Assembly: GCA_963712005.1 (NCBI GenBank)
Contig: CAVQGK010000024.1
Span: 1,445,711 to 1,477,710 of the forward strand
DNA: 32,000 nt
Direction of reading: 5' to 3'
From: an uncultured Chloroflexia bacterium
GTDB taxonomy: Bacteria > Chloroflexota > Ktedonobacteria > Ktedonobacterales > JADMIN01
Position 1 is the first letter of the stretch; every line of letters starts with the position of its first letter. Positions 1 to 9,388 of the stretch are shown piece by piece. The translations under genes and the position numbers were made by a program. The notes beneath the pieces are model-generated. The model made no database searches, was not told the DNA's origin, and saw only the letters and a program-made list of their open reading frames with translations.

Positions 1-2
1 AA

Positions 3-143
3 TACCACGCCGACCAGACCAGCAGCGCGTACTTCAGCACCATCGCTTTCTGGAAGACGCCTCTTGCGACCTGCGACGACGGAACCAACAACTGCGTACC
101 ATACGCGCAATGGGTCGCTGCCTGGACAACGATCAAGGGGTAG
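3..143 (+). CDS. 3' end of an upstream gene running off the window start, possibly the ABC-transporter substrate-binding protein
   Basis: Frame is open from the window edge to TAG 141-143 (...YFSTIAFWKTPLATCDDGTNNCVPYAQWVAAWTTIKG*). It ends 4 nt before the permease ATG. The Trp-rich C-terminus and the position suggest a PotD/PotF-type binding protein, but the fragment is too short to be sure. Confidence 0.4.
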   Translation, partial: YHADQTSSAYFSTIAFWKTPLATCDDGTNNCVPYAQWVAAWTTIKG

Positions 144-147
144 CCGC

Positions 148-1068
148 ATGTCGATAGAAGCGATCCGACGGCTCCGTCCCAGGGGGGGCGGGGCCGGGGG
201 CGTCCCGTTTTCTAGCTTCCTGTGGCGCCTGCCGTGGCTGCGCCCCGTGCTCCTCCTGACCCCGCCGCTGGCGTGGTTCGTGGTGATCTACTTCGCGTCT
301 CTCGCGCTGCTGCTGATCACCGCCTTCTGGACGATCAACCCGTTCACGACTCAGGTCGTCCAGCAGTGGAACCTCGACAACTTCCGGATCATCCTGACTG
401 ACTCGACGTACTGGTCGATCATCGGCCGAACCGTCCTCATTGCATTGCTGGTCACCATCACTGATGCGGTGCTCGCCTTTCCTCTCGCCTACTACATGGC
501 CCGGGTGGCCTCGCGGCGCGTGCAGACCCTCCTGTTCGCCGCCGTGCTGCTGCCGCTGTGGGCGAGCTACCTCGCCCGCGTCTACTCCTGGATACTGATC
601 CTCAACCACGACGGCGTTCTGAACTGGAGCCTTCAATCGATCGGCCTGCCCCCCGCGAACATCGGCTACACGAACACTGCGATGTGGCTCGTCTTTTCGT
701 ACATCTGGCTGCCCTTCATGATCATTCCTACCTACACCGCGCTCGAACGGGTGCCCGAGTCGCTGCTCGATGCGGCGGCCGACCTTGGCGCCCGCCGCTG
801 GCGCGCCGTGCGCGACGTGGTCCTCCCGATGGCCCTGCCGGGCGTGGTCGCCGGATCGATCTTTACGTTCTCGCTGACGCTCGGCGACTTCATCACGCCG
901 ATCCTGGTCGGCGGGGCGAGTTCCAACTTCATCGGCAACGTCGTCTACGCCAACATTGGCATCGCCAACAATGTGCCGTTCGCGGCCGCGCTGACCATGG
1001 TGCCGGTGGCGATCATGGTCATTTACTTGACGATCGCCTACAAGCTGGGCGCCTTCGAGGCACTGTAA
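148..1068 (+). CDS. ABC transporter permease, PotB-like (polyamine/opine-type importer)
   Basis: Multi-TM protein with an EAA loop (ERVPESLLDAAADLGARRWRAVRDVVLPMALPG). ATG 148 is chosen over the upstream TTG 64 because it directly follows the stop of the preceding ORF. Confidence 0.85.
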   Translation: MSIEAIRRLRPRGGGAGGVPFSSFLWRLPWLRPVLLLTPPLAWFVVIYFASLALLLITAFWTINPFTTQVVQQWNLDNFRIILTDSTYWSIIGRTVLIALLVTITDAVLAFPLAYYMARVASRRVQTLLFAAVLLPLWASYLARVYSWILILNHDGVLNWSLQSIGLPPANIGYTNTAMWLVFSYIWLPFMIIPTYTALERVPESLLDAAADLGARRWRAVRDVVLPMALPGVVAGSIFTFSLTLGDFITPILVGGASSNFIGNVVYANIGIANNVPFAAALTMVPVAIMVIYLTIAYKLGAFEAL

Positions 1069-1085
1069 AAGATGGGAGGTAAACG

Positions 1086-1892
1086 ATGGAAGGCGTCGGC
1101 ACTCGCATTTTCCTGCGCCTCTGGGCTGTCCTCATTATGCTGTTCCTGTTCATCCCGATCCTCTTGATCTTCTTGTACGCGTTCAACACCTCCAACATCC
1201 AGAGTTGGCCCATTCCCGGGCTGACGCTTAAGTGGTTCAGCGCCACCTGGAACGACGAGAACGTGCGATCGGCCTTGCTCGTGTCGCTCCAGGCCGGGCT
1301 CCTGGCGACGGCGATCGCCCTCGTCCTCGGTTCGAGCGCCGCGTTCGCGATCCATCGTACGCGGTTCTTCGGCCGCGAGGTGGTAAGCCTGCTCTTCATC
1401 CTGCCCCTGGCCCTGCCGGGCATCATCACCGGCATCGCGCTGAATACGTTCTTCAGCTTCAACAACATCACGCTGTCGCTCGCGACTATAGTCGTTGGCC
1501 ACGCCACCTTCTGCATGGTGGTTGTCTACAACAATGTGCTCGCACGACTTCGCCGCATGCAGGGATCGCTGATCGAGGCCGCCATGGACCTCGGCGCCAA
1601 CGACTTCCAGGCGTTTCGCGATGTCACGCTGCCCCTGATCTCGACTGCAATCGTGGCTGGCGCCATGCTAGCCTTCGCGCTGTCATTCGACGAGGTGATC
1701 GTGACCACCTTCACTGCCGGAGCCCAGAGCACTTTGCCCATCTGGATCTTCGGCCAGATCCGCCATGGCGTCCTCCTTCCGGAGGTGAACGTCGTCGTGT
1801 CGTTCGTGATCCTGGTCACGATCATCCCGGTCGCCATCGCGGCTCGACTCACAGGCGGCGGCGCTGCCCGCGTGCAGGCCGCCAGAAGCTAG
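1086..1892 (+). CDS. ABC transporter permease, PotC-like
   Basis: GGGAGG lies 7 nt upstream of ATG 1086. It has 6 predicted TM segments and an EAA loop (GSLIEAAMDLGANDFQAFRDVTLPLI). It starts 17 nt after the previous permease. Confidence 0.85.
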   Translation: MEGVGTRIFLRLWAVLIMLFLFIPILLIFLYAFNTSNIQSWPIPGLTLKWFSATWNDENVRSALLVSLQAGLLATAIALVLGSSAAFAIHRTRFFGREVVSLLFILPLALPGIITGIALNTFFSFNNITLSLATIVVGHATFCMVVVYNNVLARLRRMQGSLIEAAMDLGANDFQAFRDVTLPLISTAIVAGAMLAFALSFDEVIVTTFTAGAQSTLPIWIFGQIRHGVLLPEVNVVVSFVILVTIIPVAIAARLTGGGAARVQAARS

Positions 1893-1980
1893 CTGGGCAT
1901 GCAGAGCTCAATCTCCGATGACCCGGACTGGCGGTCGAGCGGCTGATCGAGGCCGGAGCGGTCGTGTGGGAGTTGTGCTA

Positions 1981-1993
1981 GGGCGTGTTTGCA
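1981..1993. repeat. Left terminal inverted repeat of the IS element
   Basis: GGGCGTGTTTGCA is the reverse complement of 2831-2843 with one mismatch. Confidence 0.75.
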
Positions 1994-2014
1994 GTTGTGT
2001 CATAGACTGAAAGG

Positions 2015-2827
2015 ATGAGACACCGACACGAACTCACCGACGAGCACTGGGCGCGGCTGGAGCCGCTGCTCCCGACACCGAAGCGCGGGCCGCAGCCCCG
2101 TGAACCGCCGCCGTCTGCTCAACGGCATGCTGTGGATTCACGCCACCGGCGCCCAATGGCGCGACCTGCCGGAGCGCTACGGCCCGTGGGAGACGGTGGC
2201 CTCCCAATTCTACCGCTGGGTGCGGGCAGACGTCTGGCAGACGGTGTTGGCGGCGCTCCAGCAGCAGGCGGATGCGGCGGGGCGGCTCGACTGGTCGGCG
2301 CACTTTGTGGATGGGACCAGCATCCGCGCCCACCAACACGCGGCCGGTGCCCGGCGCGTCAAAGGGGGCAGGACCAGCAAGCGCTCGGGCGGAGCCGAGG
2401 CGGCTTCTCCACCAAGCTCCACGTCCGCGCCGAGCGAGGCGGCAAGCCCCTCGTCCTGCTGCTGACGGCTGGTGAGCGCCACGAGCAGAGCGTCTTCATC
2501 CCGCTCCTGGAGGCGGGAGCCGTCAAGCGTCCGAGCGGGCGAGGTCGGCCGCGCCGACGCCCCAAGCGCCTCGTCGGCGACAAGGGCTACAGCAGCCGTA
2601 CAGTCCGCCGCTACTTGCGCCAGCATGGCATCGGTATCACCATCCCGACCAAGCGCAACGAGCGCCCGCAGCGCACCTTTGACCGGGAGCTCTATCGAGA
2701 GCGCAACCAAGTGGAGCGCTGCATCAATCGGCTCAAGCAGTTCCGCCGGGTGGCGACACGGTACGAGAAACTCGCGGTCAATTTCCTGGCGATGGTCACC
2801 ATCGCCGCCATCCTGATCTGGTGGTAA
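2015..2827 (+). CDS. IS5-family DDE transposase whose homology is split over two reading frames (one shift expected, one unexpected; possibly inactive)
   Basis: The N-terminus MRHRHELTDEHWARLEPLLP is in the frame of 2015. The segment NRRRLLNGMLWIHATGAQWRDLPERYGPW...HFVDGTSIRAHQHAAGA is in the frame of 2100. The segment ALGRSRGGFSTKLH...LVGDKGYSS...YRERNQVERCINRLKQFRRVATRYEK returns to the frame of 2015. The DDE signature residues are recognisable. Confidence 0.75.
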   Translation: MRHRHELTDEHWARLEPLLPTPKRGPQPREPPPSAQRHAVDSRHRRPMARPAGALRPVGDGGLPILPLGAGRRLADGVGGAPAAGGCGGAARLVGALCGWDQHPRPPTRGRCPARQRGQDQQALGRSRGGFSTKLHVRAERGGKPLVLLLTAGERHEQSVFIPLLEAGAVKRPSGRGRPRRRPKRLVGDKGYSSRTVRRYLRQHGIGITIPTKRNERPQRTFDRELYRERNQVERCINRLKQFRRVATRYEKLAVNFLAMVTIAAILIWW

Positions 2828-2830
2828 AAG

Positions 2831-2843
2831 TGCAAACAGGCCC
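2831..2843. repeat. Right terminal inverted repeat of the IS element
   Basis: TGCAAACAGGCCC pairs with 1981-1993. Confidence 0.75.
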
Positions 2844-3008
2844 TAGTTGAAAAGAGGTGCGAAGGCACCATGGGTGCCCATTGCAAGAGGTGTCCGAGAT
2901 ACGCCAGGACACCCTCGTACCCTTCGGCAAGAACGCGAGACCAATGTGTAAACCGCAGGTTGCGGCTTCGAGTCCCACCATCGGCTCCCAGACATTCCCC
3001 TGAATTCA

Positions 3009-3046
3009 AGCGGCTTCCGGCAAACGCCCGGACAGCCGCTTTGCTT
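3009..3046 (+). terminator. Strong hairpin, possible intrinsic terminator
   Basis: AGCGGCT-TCCGG (3009-3020), loop CAAACGC, then CCGGA-C-AGCCGCT (3028-3040) give 12 bp with one bulge. TTGCTT follows, which is a weak T-tract. Confidence 0.3.
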
Positions 3047-3203
3047 CGTGCGGCCATTTTGCCCAGAACGCGCCCGCGCAGCAGCCGTATGTGCCACTAT
3101 GGCTTCTAACGTCTCGTATGTATGCCATCATCCGCGCATCCTATGTGCGAGAGTAAGTAACCGCCCACCGGGAACGTGATTCGGAACTTGAAGGGGTGAA
3201 CCG

Positions 3204-4433
3204 ATGCGACGTCGTGTCTCGCTACTGACAATTTGGGGACTCGTAGTGAGCATAGCGATAACCGCCTGCGCCTCATCGACGACGAAAACGAAACCCACCC
3301 CAACGGCCACCCGTGGCGGCGCGGCCACGACGAGCACGCCCGGCACGCCACTTGGCCCCGACGCCATTCACCTCCAGCCCTTCGCGACGGGACTGCAAAG
3401 CCCCGTCTACCTCACCTACGCGCCGGGGCAGACCGACCGCGTCTACGTTGTGGAGCAGACGGGGCGCGTGCGAGTCGTCGGGATGGACGGCACGGTGCGC
3501 GCGCAGCCGTTTCTGGATATCCACCAGATGATCTCGACTGGGGGCGAGCGTGGCCTGCTGAGTATCGTCTTCCACCCAGACTACGCGCGAAATGGCTACT
3601 TCTTTGTGGACTATACCGCTACTGATGGCACTGTCACCATCGCGCGCTATCATGTCTCGCAGAGCGATCCCTATCGCGCCGATGCAGCCAGCGCGCGAAT
3701 CATCCTGACGGTGGCGCACCCGGTCTCGAATCACAATGGGGGACTATTGCTCTTTGGCAGCGACGGCTATCTTTATATTGGGATTGGCGACGGCGGGTCG
3801 GGCAACTCAGCCAACGGCCAGCGAAAGAACACCCTGCTGGGCAAGATCCTGCGCATCGATGTGGACCATACCTCGGCGGGCCGACAATACGCCATCCCGT
3901 CCGACAACCCGTTTGCCAGCCAGGCGGGGGCGCGCCCCGAGATATGGGCGTATGGGCTGCGGAACCCCTGGCGCTTCAGCTTTGACCGAGGCGGCCATGA
4001 CCTCTATATCGGCGACGTGGGCCAGAATGAGATCGAGGAGATCGATTATCAGCCAGCCGTGAGCAAGGGCGGCCAGAACTACGGCTAGGCCATCTACGAG
4101 GGCAATAGTTGCTACTCGGGTGGCAACGCCTGCTCGACCGGCGGCCTGACCGCTCCCGTTGCGACCTACACGCACGTGGGTGGTAACTGCGTGGTCGTCG
4201 GCGGCTATGTCTATCGCGGCCAGAAGTATCCCAACCTGACCGGAGCCTACTTCTATGGCGATGATTGCAGTGGCCGGATCTGGAGTTTTCCGGCTGCTAA
4301 TGCGCGCGACGGCCATGTCACCGCTCAGCAGATTCTGGACACGTCGCTCTCCATTTCATCGTTTGGCGAAGATGCTTCCGGCGAACTTTATGTGGTGAGC
4401 CTGGATGGCAGCGTCTCGCGCATCACCGGATGA
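3204..4433 (+). pseudogene. PQQ-dependent (soluble) sugar/sorbosone dehydrogenase lipoprotein, interrupted by an in-frame TAG at 4086-4088
   Basis: ORFs 3204-4088 and 4176-4433 are in the same frame. The lipobox is SIAITAC. Family motifs seen include GLLSIVFHPDY, SNHNGGLLLFGSDGYLYIGIGDGG, WAYGLRNPWRFSFD and GDVGQNEIEEID. The stop falls in GGQNYG*, where family members normally carry Trp (NYGW). Confidence 0.8.
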
Positions 4434-4735
4434 TTCTCATGAGCGGGCGCGCAAAGCAAGTGCTCTGAAAACGGATACCCATACCAGGGCTAGGAAAATA
4501 CCCACCCTTCGGCCAGCCCAAATACCCCCTGGCGGACTCACCTTTCATGCGGGGCGCATCGGATTCCCGTCGTCTACGCTGAATGCTATGCGTCCCCATC
4601 ACACTCTGCTGCGCGTAATCCGAGACCCATGGCGCAAATGGCACGAAACGACAGCTCCACGCAGAGATTATCGGACGCATGACGGTGGGAGCCGACACCG
4701 ATATGAGAGCGAATAACAGGAGAGGAAGCACCCCC

Positions 4736-6184
4736 ATGGTTACCAAAGTGCAGGCAACCGCCAAAGAAGCCGCGCAGGAGACCGCCCAGCCAGCGGCACC
4801 GGTTCCGGTTGATTCTCGCAAGCAGGCGGCAGATATCAAGTCGATGACTGTGGAGGAGCGCATGGAGCGTGGACGTGGGCTGCGCGCCAGGGTGCCACGC
4901 AGCAGCCATGCGTTCTGGGCGGAGACTCCAGAACGCCCCGATCCCGTCGCGCTGCTCGAATCGCAGGAGGTGACGCGCGAGCAAGAACTGATCCCCATCC
5001 GTCATGCCCGCATGCGCGTCTCGGCGTTTGCCTTCTATCGCGGGTCAGCGATTGTGATGGCTGAAGACCTTGCGCGGACGCCCATGACCGGAATACGGAC
5101 GCAGTTATGCGGCGACGCGCACATCTCCAATTTCGGCCTCTACGCCTCGCCTGAGCGCACCCTGCTCTTCGACATCAACGACTTCGACGAGACGTTGCCA
5201 GGGCCATGGGAATGGGATGTCAAACGGCTGGCCGCGAGCGCTTATATCGCCGGTCGGGGCAACGGATTCACCGAGGTGGAGTGTCGTGATGCCAGCCTGG
5301 CCGCCGTACGCTCGTATCGGCTGCGCATGGCCCAATTTGCCACGATGGGATATCTGGACGTGTGGTATACCCACGTCACCGCCGACGATCTGCTCGCGCT
5401 GATTCAAGATCAGAAGGCGCAGAAGCGCGCGCAGAAGCAGTTGGGCAAGACCCGCCAGCGCAATAGCTTGCAAGCATTTTCGAAACTGACCGAGGAGGTG
5501 AATGGGCAGCGTATCATCGCCAACGATCCCCCGCTTGTCATGCGCATAACGGCGGAAACCATTGGGAACCAGTTGCAGGGGTTGTTCGAAACGTACATGG
5601 GGACGTTGCGCGGCGCTCAACGCAATCTGCTCCATCGCTATCGTGTCGTCGATTTCGCGAGCAAGGTCGTCGGCGTGGGCAGCGTTGGCACGCGCTGCTT
5701 CATCTTGCTGCTGCTCGGACGCGACGACGATGATCCGCTCTTCCTCCAGGTCAAGGAGGCTCCGCCGTCCGTGCTGGAGCGGCACCTGCCCAAGACCGAG
5801 TTCAAGCAGCAGGGCGAGCGCGTGGTAAACGGTCAGGAGCTGATGCAGGCGGCCTCAGATATCACCCTGGGTTGGCTGCGCGGCCCCGAACGCGACTTTT
5901 ATGTACGGCAGCTCCGCGACATGAAAGGCTCGGTCGAGATCGAGAATCTGACGGCGATGCAGTTGCAGTTCTGGTCGGAGGTGTGCGGCTGGGCACTGGC
6001 GCGCGCCCATGCGCGCGCGGGCGATGCCGCTGAGATCGCGGGCTATCTGGGGGCGAGCGACACCTTTGATCGCGCTGTCGCGATGTTCTCCGAGTCCTAC
6101 GCGAATCAGGCCGAGCGCGACTATCAAGCCCTCCTGGCGGCCATTAAGTCGGGGCGCATCGTCGCCGCAACCGCGGGCGTCTGA
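4736..6184 (+). CDS. DUF2252-family protein
   Basis: Long conserved blocks typical of DUF2252 are present (FAFYRGSA, CGDAHISNFG, LFDINDFDET, WEWDVKRLAAS, RQLRDMKGS). The ATG at 4736 is preceded by GGAGAGGA; upstream alternatives exist at 4679 and 4703. Confidence 0.75.
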   Translation: MVTKVQATAKEAAQETAQPAAPVPVDSRKQAADIKSMTVEERMERGRGLRARVPRSSHAFWAETPERPDPVALLESQEVTREQELIPIRHARMRVSAFAFYRGSAIVMAEDLARTPMTGIRTQLCGDAHISNFGLYASPERTLLFDINDFDETLPGPWEWDVKRLAASAYIAGRGNGFTEVECRDASLAAVRSYRLRMAQFATMGYLDVWYTHVTADDLLALIQDQKAQKRAQKQLGKTRQRNSLQAFSKLTEEVNGQRIIANDPPLVMRITAETIGNQLQGLFETYMGTLRGAQRNLLHRYRVVDFASKVVGVGSVGTRCFILLLLGRDDDDPLFLQVKEAPPSVLERHLPKTEFKQQGERVVNGQELMQAASDITLGWLRGPERDFYVRQLRDMKGSVEIENLTAMQLQFWSEVCGWALARAHARAGDAAEIAGYLGASDTFDRAVAMFSESYANQAERDYQALLAAIKSGRIVAATAGV

Positions 6185-6228
6185 TGTGCGTTCCGGCTGG
6201 GCGGTTGGCGTTCGGATCCTCCCGAATG

Positions 6229-6612
6229 TCAGCCACCCAGCCCTAGCCGTGCCTGTCGCGCATGGCGAGCCACCACGTAGGTTTCCACGGCGACCCCCAC
6301 AAGCATCCCAAGCGCCGCAATCACGCCGAATCCGATAGCCAGCATCTGATAGAAGTCGGCTGTGGAGGTCGGCTCAATCTGATCATGACTCTGGAGATCG
6401 GCCAGCAGAATCAGCATCGGCGCCAGACCAAAGCCGACCATACCAGCCCACAGCTCGCGCAGCCAGCCACGCACCGCGCCAATCACTATCAGGGGAATGC
6501 TGGCAGCAATCAAGAAGATGCCAATACTCAGGATCGCGATACAACCCACACCAACCAGACCCCCGGCAATGAACCAGTACAATGCCTTCAACACCCTGCG
6601 CATGGCTGCCAT
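6229..6612 (-). CDS. Small integral membrane protein (hypothetical)
   Basis: Three to four hydrophobic helices are predicted. GAGGAGG lies 8 nt upstream of the ATG at 6612. The gene is convergent with the DUF2252 gene. Confidence 0.5.
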   Translation of the reverse strand: MAAMRRVLKALYWFIAGGLVGVGCIAILSIGIFLIAASIPLIVIGAVRGWLRELWAGMVGFGLAPMLILLADLQSHDQIEPTSTADFYQMLAIGFGVIAALGMLVGVAVETYVVARHARQARLGLGG

Positions 6613-6818
6613 CGCTATCGCCTCCTCGCGGAACGCTCCCTTCCCACTGCCAATTGTAGCTGGCTGCCGCCAGAGATGCATACCGATACCGCGACGGTGA
6701 CGACTGTAACGCTCGTCGTAACGCTCCGGGAACGCCGCGACATGTATACTGCACAGCAGGGTTGTGGCGTAGGAGACGCGACCTTCGGACAGTTCTACAC
6801 CTGATAGGGAGGGATCTG

Positions 6819-8090
6819 ATGGCGCGCATAGCCTCCGATGTCGCAGTGAGCAATGAGGCTGAGTTGAGGCTCACTGGTGTTCGACTCTTCCTGGCGCGCA
6901 TCGGATGCCTGATCGTCTCCGTATTCTCGCTGGTGCTATTCGTCCCGGGCCTTCAGCTCACTTATCAGCAGTTTCAGTCCACCTGCGCCACCGCCGACAC
7001 TTGCCTGCCCGGACAACTGACCTCTACACAGGCGGCTACCTTACAGGGCATCGGTGTCTCGTTGGAAATTTACGCCACCTTCGAGCTCATATTTGCGCTG
7101 CTGACGGCGCTGGTATGGTTCGTCGTCGCGGCTATCGTCTTCGCGCGCAAATCGGACAACTGGATGGTGCTGCTCATCGTCGCGCAGGCGTTCACCCAGG
7201 GGGCGAGCAGCGCCACCAATGTCTTCCTGGGGAGCCATCTTGTATGGGATGTGCCATCGCAACTGCTTGGCGCGCTCAACTCGATGCTGTTGTTTGCCTT
7301 CCTGGCGATGTTCCCGACTGGGCGATTCGTGCCGCGCTGGCTGCGCTGGTTCCTGATTCCCGCGCTCATCCTTGCGCTCGTGACCTCATTTGTGCATATA
7401 CCACTCGACTTCCTGTATTTCTTCGTGGTGATGTCAACGCTTATCATCGCGCAGGTCTACCGCTACCGTCGTGTCTCCACACCACTGCAACGCCAGCAGA
7501 CGAAATGGGTCATCCTCGCGCTCGCCCTGGTGATCGGGGGCCAGATAGCATCGCTGCTGCCAGTTGCTTTCAATCCTAACCTGGCGCAGCCGACGTCACT
7601 CTATTTCGTGATCTTAGACCCCATCACTAACACCCTGATTGCCCTCTGCGCGGTGGCCTTTGCCTTCGCTATTCTGCGCTATCGCCTCTATGAGGTTGAT
7701 GTCATCATTCGGCGCACACTGGTCTATGGTTCGCTGACGCTCATCCTCGCGGGCGTCTACATCGCGGGCGTGATTGGCGTGCAGACGCTTGTCAACACCA
7801 TTGCGCCGCATCCAGGCAACGAGACATCACCGGTGCTGATCGTCATCACGACGCTGCTGATCGCCGCGCTCTTCCAGCCGTTGCGCCGGATCATTCAACG
7901 CTTCATCGACCGGCGTTTCTACCGTGCGAAGTATGATACGCGCAAGACGCTCGAAGCGTTCAGCGCCACCTTGCGCCAGGAAGTTGACTTATCTGCGCTA
8001 ACCGGGCAACTGGTGACCGTCGTCACCAAGACGATGCATCCGGAACATATCTCGCTCTGGCTGCGTGAGAATGAGAGGCGCTCGCCATGA
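6819..8090 (+). CDS. Multi-pass membrane protein, sensor-like, with a conserved cytoplasmic C-terminal module (paralog 1)
   Basis: GGGAGGGA lies upstream of ATG 6819. There are many TM helices, and the motifs FPTGRFVPRW, QVYRYRR...QRQQTKW and ILRYRLYEVDVIIRR are present. The C-terminal FQPLRRIIQRFIDRRFYRAKYD...ISLWLR is shared with the next gene. Confidence 0.7.
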   Translation: MARIASDVAVSNEAELRLTGVRLFLARIGCLIVSVFSLVLFVPGLQLTYQQFQSTCATADTCLPGQLTSTQAATLQGIGVSLEIYATFELIFALLTALVWFVVAAIVFARKSDNWMVLLIVAQAFTQGASSATNVFLGSHLVWDVPSQLLGALNSMLLFAFLAMFPTGRFVPRWLRWFLIPALILALVTSFVHIPLDFLYFFVVMSTLIIAQVYRYRRVSTPLQRQQTKWVILALALVIGGQIASLLPVAFNPNLAQPTSLYFVILDPITNTLIALCAVAFAFAILRYRLYEVDVIIRRTLVYGSLTLILAGVYIAGVIGVQTLVNTIAPHPGNETSPVLIVITTLLIAALFQPLRRIIQRFIDRRFYRAKYDTRKTLEAFSATLRQEVDLSALTGQLVTVVTKTMHPEHISLWLRENERRSP

Positions 8091-9370
8091 GAAGACGGGC
8101 CGCATTCCGTACAGATCCCAATACTGTCTATGCGGCGCAATCTGACGACTCGACGCGCCTGCATGGCTGGCTCCTGGTGGTCGTGCGCGCGGTGGTATTT
8201 GCCGCTGTGGCATTCACCGTCGCGATCTATGCGCTGGCGCTTCCTGGCTTCGTGCCGCGCATGTCCGTTCCCTGTAATGACGCGGTCAATTCATGTCTGA
8301 TTACGCCGGAACAGGTTGCCCCACTGGCGCAACTGGGCATTACTCCCTATGGGCTGGCCGTGGCGGTCGCTATCATCTCGTGTCTGGCCGTCGTGCTGGT
8401 TGCGAGCGTGGCGGCGCTCTTGCTCTGGCGGCGCTCCGACGACTGGATGGCGCTGCTCGTCGCCCTGACACTCATCCTCATGCCCGCCGTCTTTACACCC
8501 ATTGGGCAGGGGCTTCCCGCGAGCTGGCAGGGGGTGGGACAGATATTCAGCACAGCCAGCTTCACCTCACTCTTTCTGCTGATGGGCCTCTTTCCCAGCG
8601 GACGTTTCGTGCCGCGCTGGTTATGGATACCCATGCTCGTCGAATTATTGCTCACCCAGACCCCTCTTGGCGACGCATTCGGCATCCTCGACCTGTTCGT
8701 GATCTTGATCGTCTACGGCTGCATCATCGGTGGCCAGATCTATCGTTATCGTCGCCTCTCCACCCCGGTGCAGCGCCAGCAGACGAAATGGGTCGTCACC
8801 GGAATCGTGCTCACGCTGGTGGTGAATCAACTCTTCTGGCAGCCCGTCGCCTGGATTCCCGCGCTGCAACAGTCAGACTCGCTCTTCATCCTTCTCTCGG
8901 GGCCGGATAGCTTCCTGATGATCGCCATCCTGGCGGTCTGCTTCGGCGTCGCTATCCTGCGCTACCGCCTCTACGATATCGACGTCATCATCCGGCGCAC
9001 ACTGATTTATGGCTCGCTTACCGCCATCCTGGCGGGCGTCTATATCGCGGGCGTGATCGGCGTCCAGTCCATCGTGAATACCATCGCGCGCACTCCCAGC
9101 GGAAAAACCTCACCCGTGCTGATCGTCATCACCACGCTGCTGATCGCCGCGTTCTTCCAGCCGCTGCGCCGGATCATCCAACGCTTCATCGACCGGCGAT
9201 TCTACCGTGCGAAGTATGATACGCGTAAGACGCTCGAAGCGTTCAGCGCCAGCTTGCGTCAGCAGGTCGATTTACCGACACTCACGGGGCAACTGGTGAA
9301 CGTGGTGACGGAGACGATGCAGCCAGAACACATCTCGCTCTGGCTACGCGACACGAAGAGCCACGAGTAG
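8087..9370 (+). CDS. Multi-pass membrane protein, sensor-like (paralog 2), translationally coupled to paralog 1
   Basis: The ATGA start/stop overlap lies at 8087-8090. It has the same architecture and motifs (FPSGRFVPRW, QIYRYRR...QRQQTKW, ILRYRLYDIDVIIRR). Confidence 0.7.
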   Translation: MRRRAAFRTDPNTVYAAQSDDSTRLHGWLLVVVRAVVFAAVAFTVAIYALALPGFVPRMSVPCNDAVNSCLITPEQVAPLAQLGITPYGLAVAVAIISCLAVVLVASVAALLLWRRSDDWMALLVALTLILMPAVFTPIGQGLPASWQGVGQIFSTASFTSLFLLMGLFPSGRFVPRWLWIPMLVELLLTQTPLGDAFGILDLFVILIVYGCIIGGQIYRYRRLSTPVQRQQTKWVVTGIVLTLVVNQLFWQPVAWIPALQQSDSLFILLSGPDSFLMIAILAVCFGVAILRYRLYDIDVIIRRTLIYGSLTAILAGVYIAGVIGVQSIVNTIARTPSGKTSPVLIVITTLLIAAFFQPLRRIIQRFIDRRFYRAKYDTRKTLEAFSASLRQQVDLPTLTGQLVNVVTETMQPEHISLWLRDTKSHE

Positions 9371-9388
9371 CATAAAAAGTGAGGGGCA

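Larger units (their letters stand above)
1981..2843 (+). mobile_element. IS5-family insertion sequence (IS427-group-like), about 863 bp
   Basis: Terminal inverted repeats GGGCGTGTTTGCA (1981-1993) and TGCAAACAGGCCC (2831-2843) match at 12 of 13 positions. They are flanked by TA/TA (1979-1980, 2844-2845) inside a reconstructed CTAG target. The interior encodes a DDE transposase. Confidence 0.8.

Noticed and set aside
2100-2465. A separate 121-aa gene inside the IS
   Set aside because: It is not independent. It carries the middle part of the IS5-family transposase (LNGMLWIHATGAQWRDLPERYGPW...) and belongs to the frame-shifted transposase.
2953-2990. A possible tRNA gene (GGCTTCGAGTCCCACC...CCA-like 3' end)
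   Set aside because: The T-stem does not pair (GCGGC against CCCAC), and no 5' acceptor strand, D arm or anticodon arm can be found upstream on either side of the IS. At best it is a decayed fragment; see the finding at 2856-3046.
4423-4998. A 191-codon minus-strand ORF between the dehydrogenase and DUF2252 genes
   Set aside because: It overlaps the DUF2252 5' region in antisense, has a Ser/Arg/Ala-biased composition, and has no SD or motifs.
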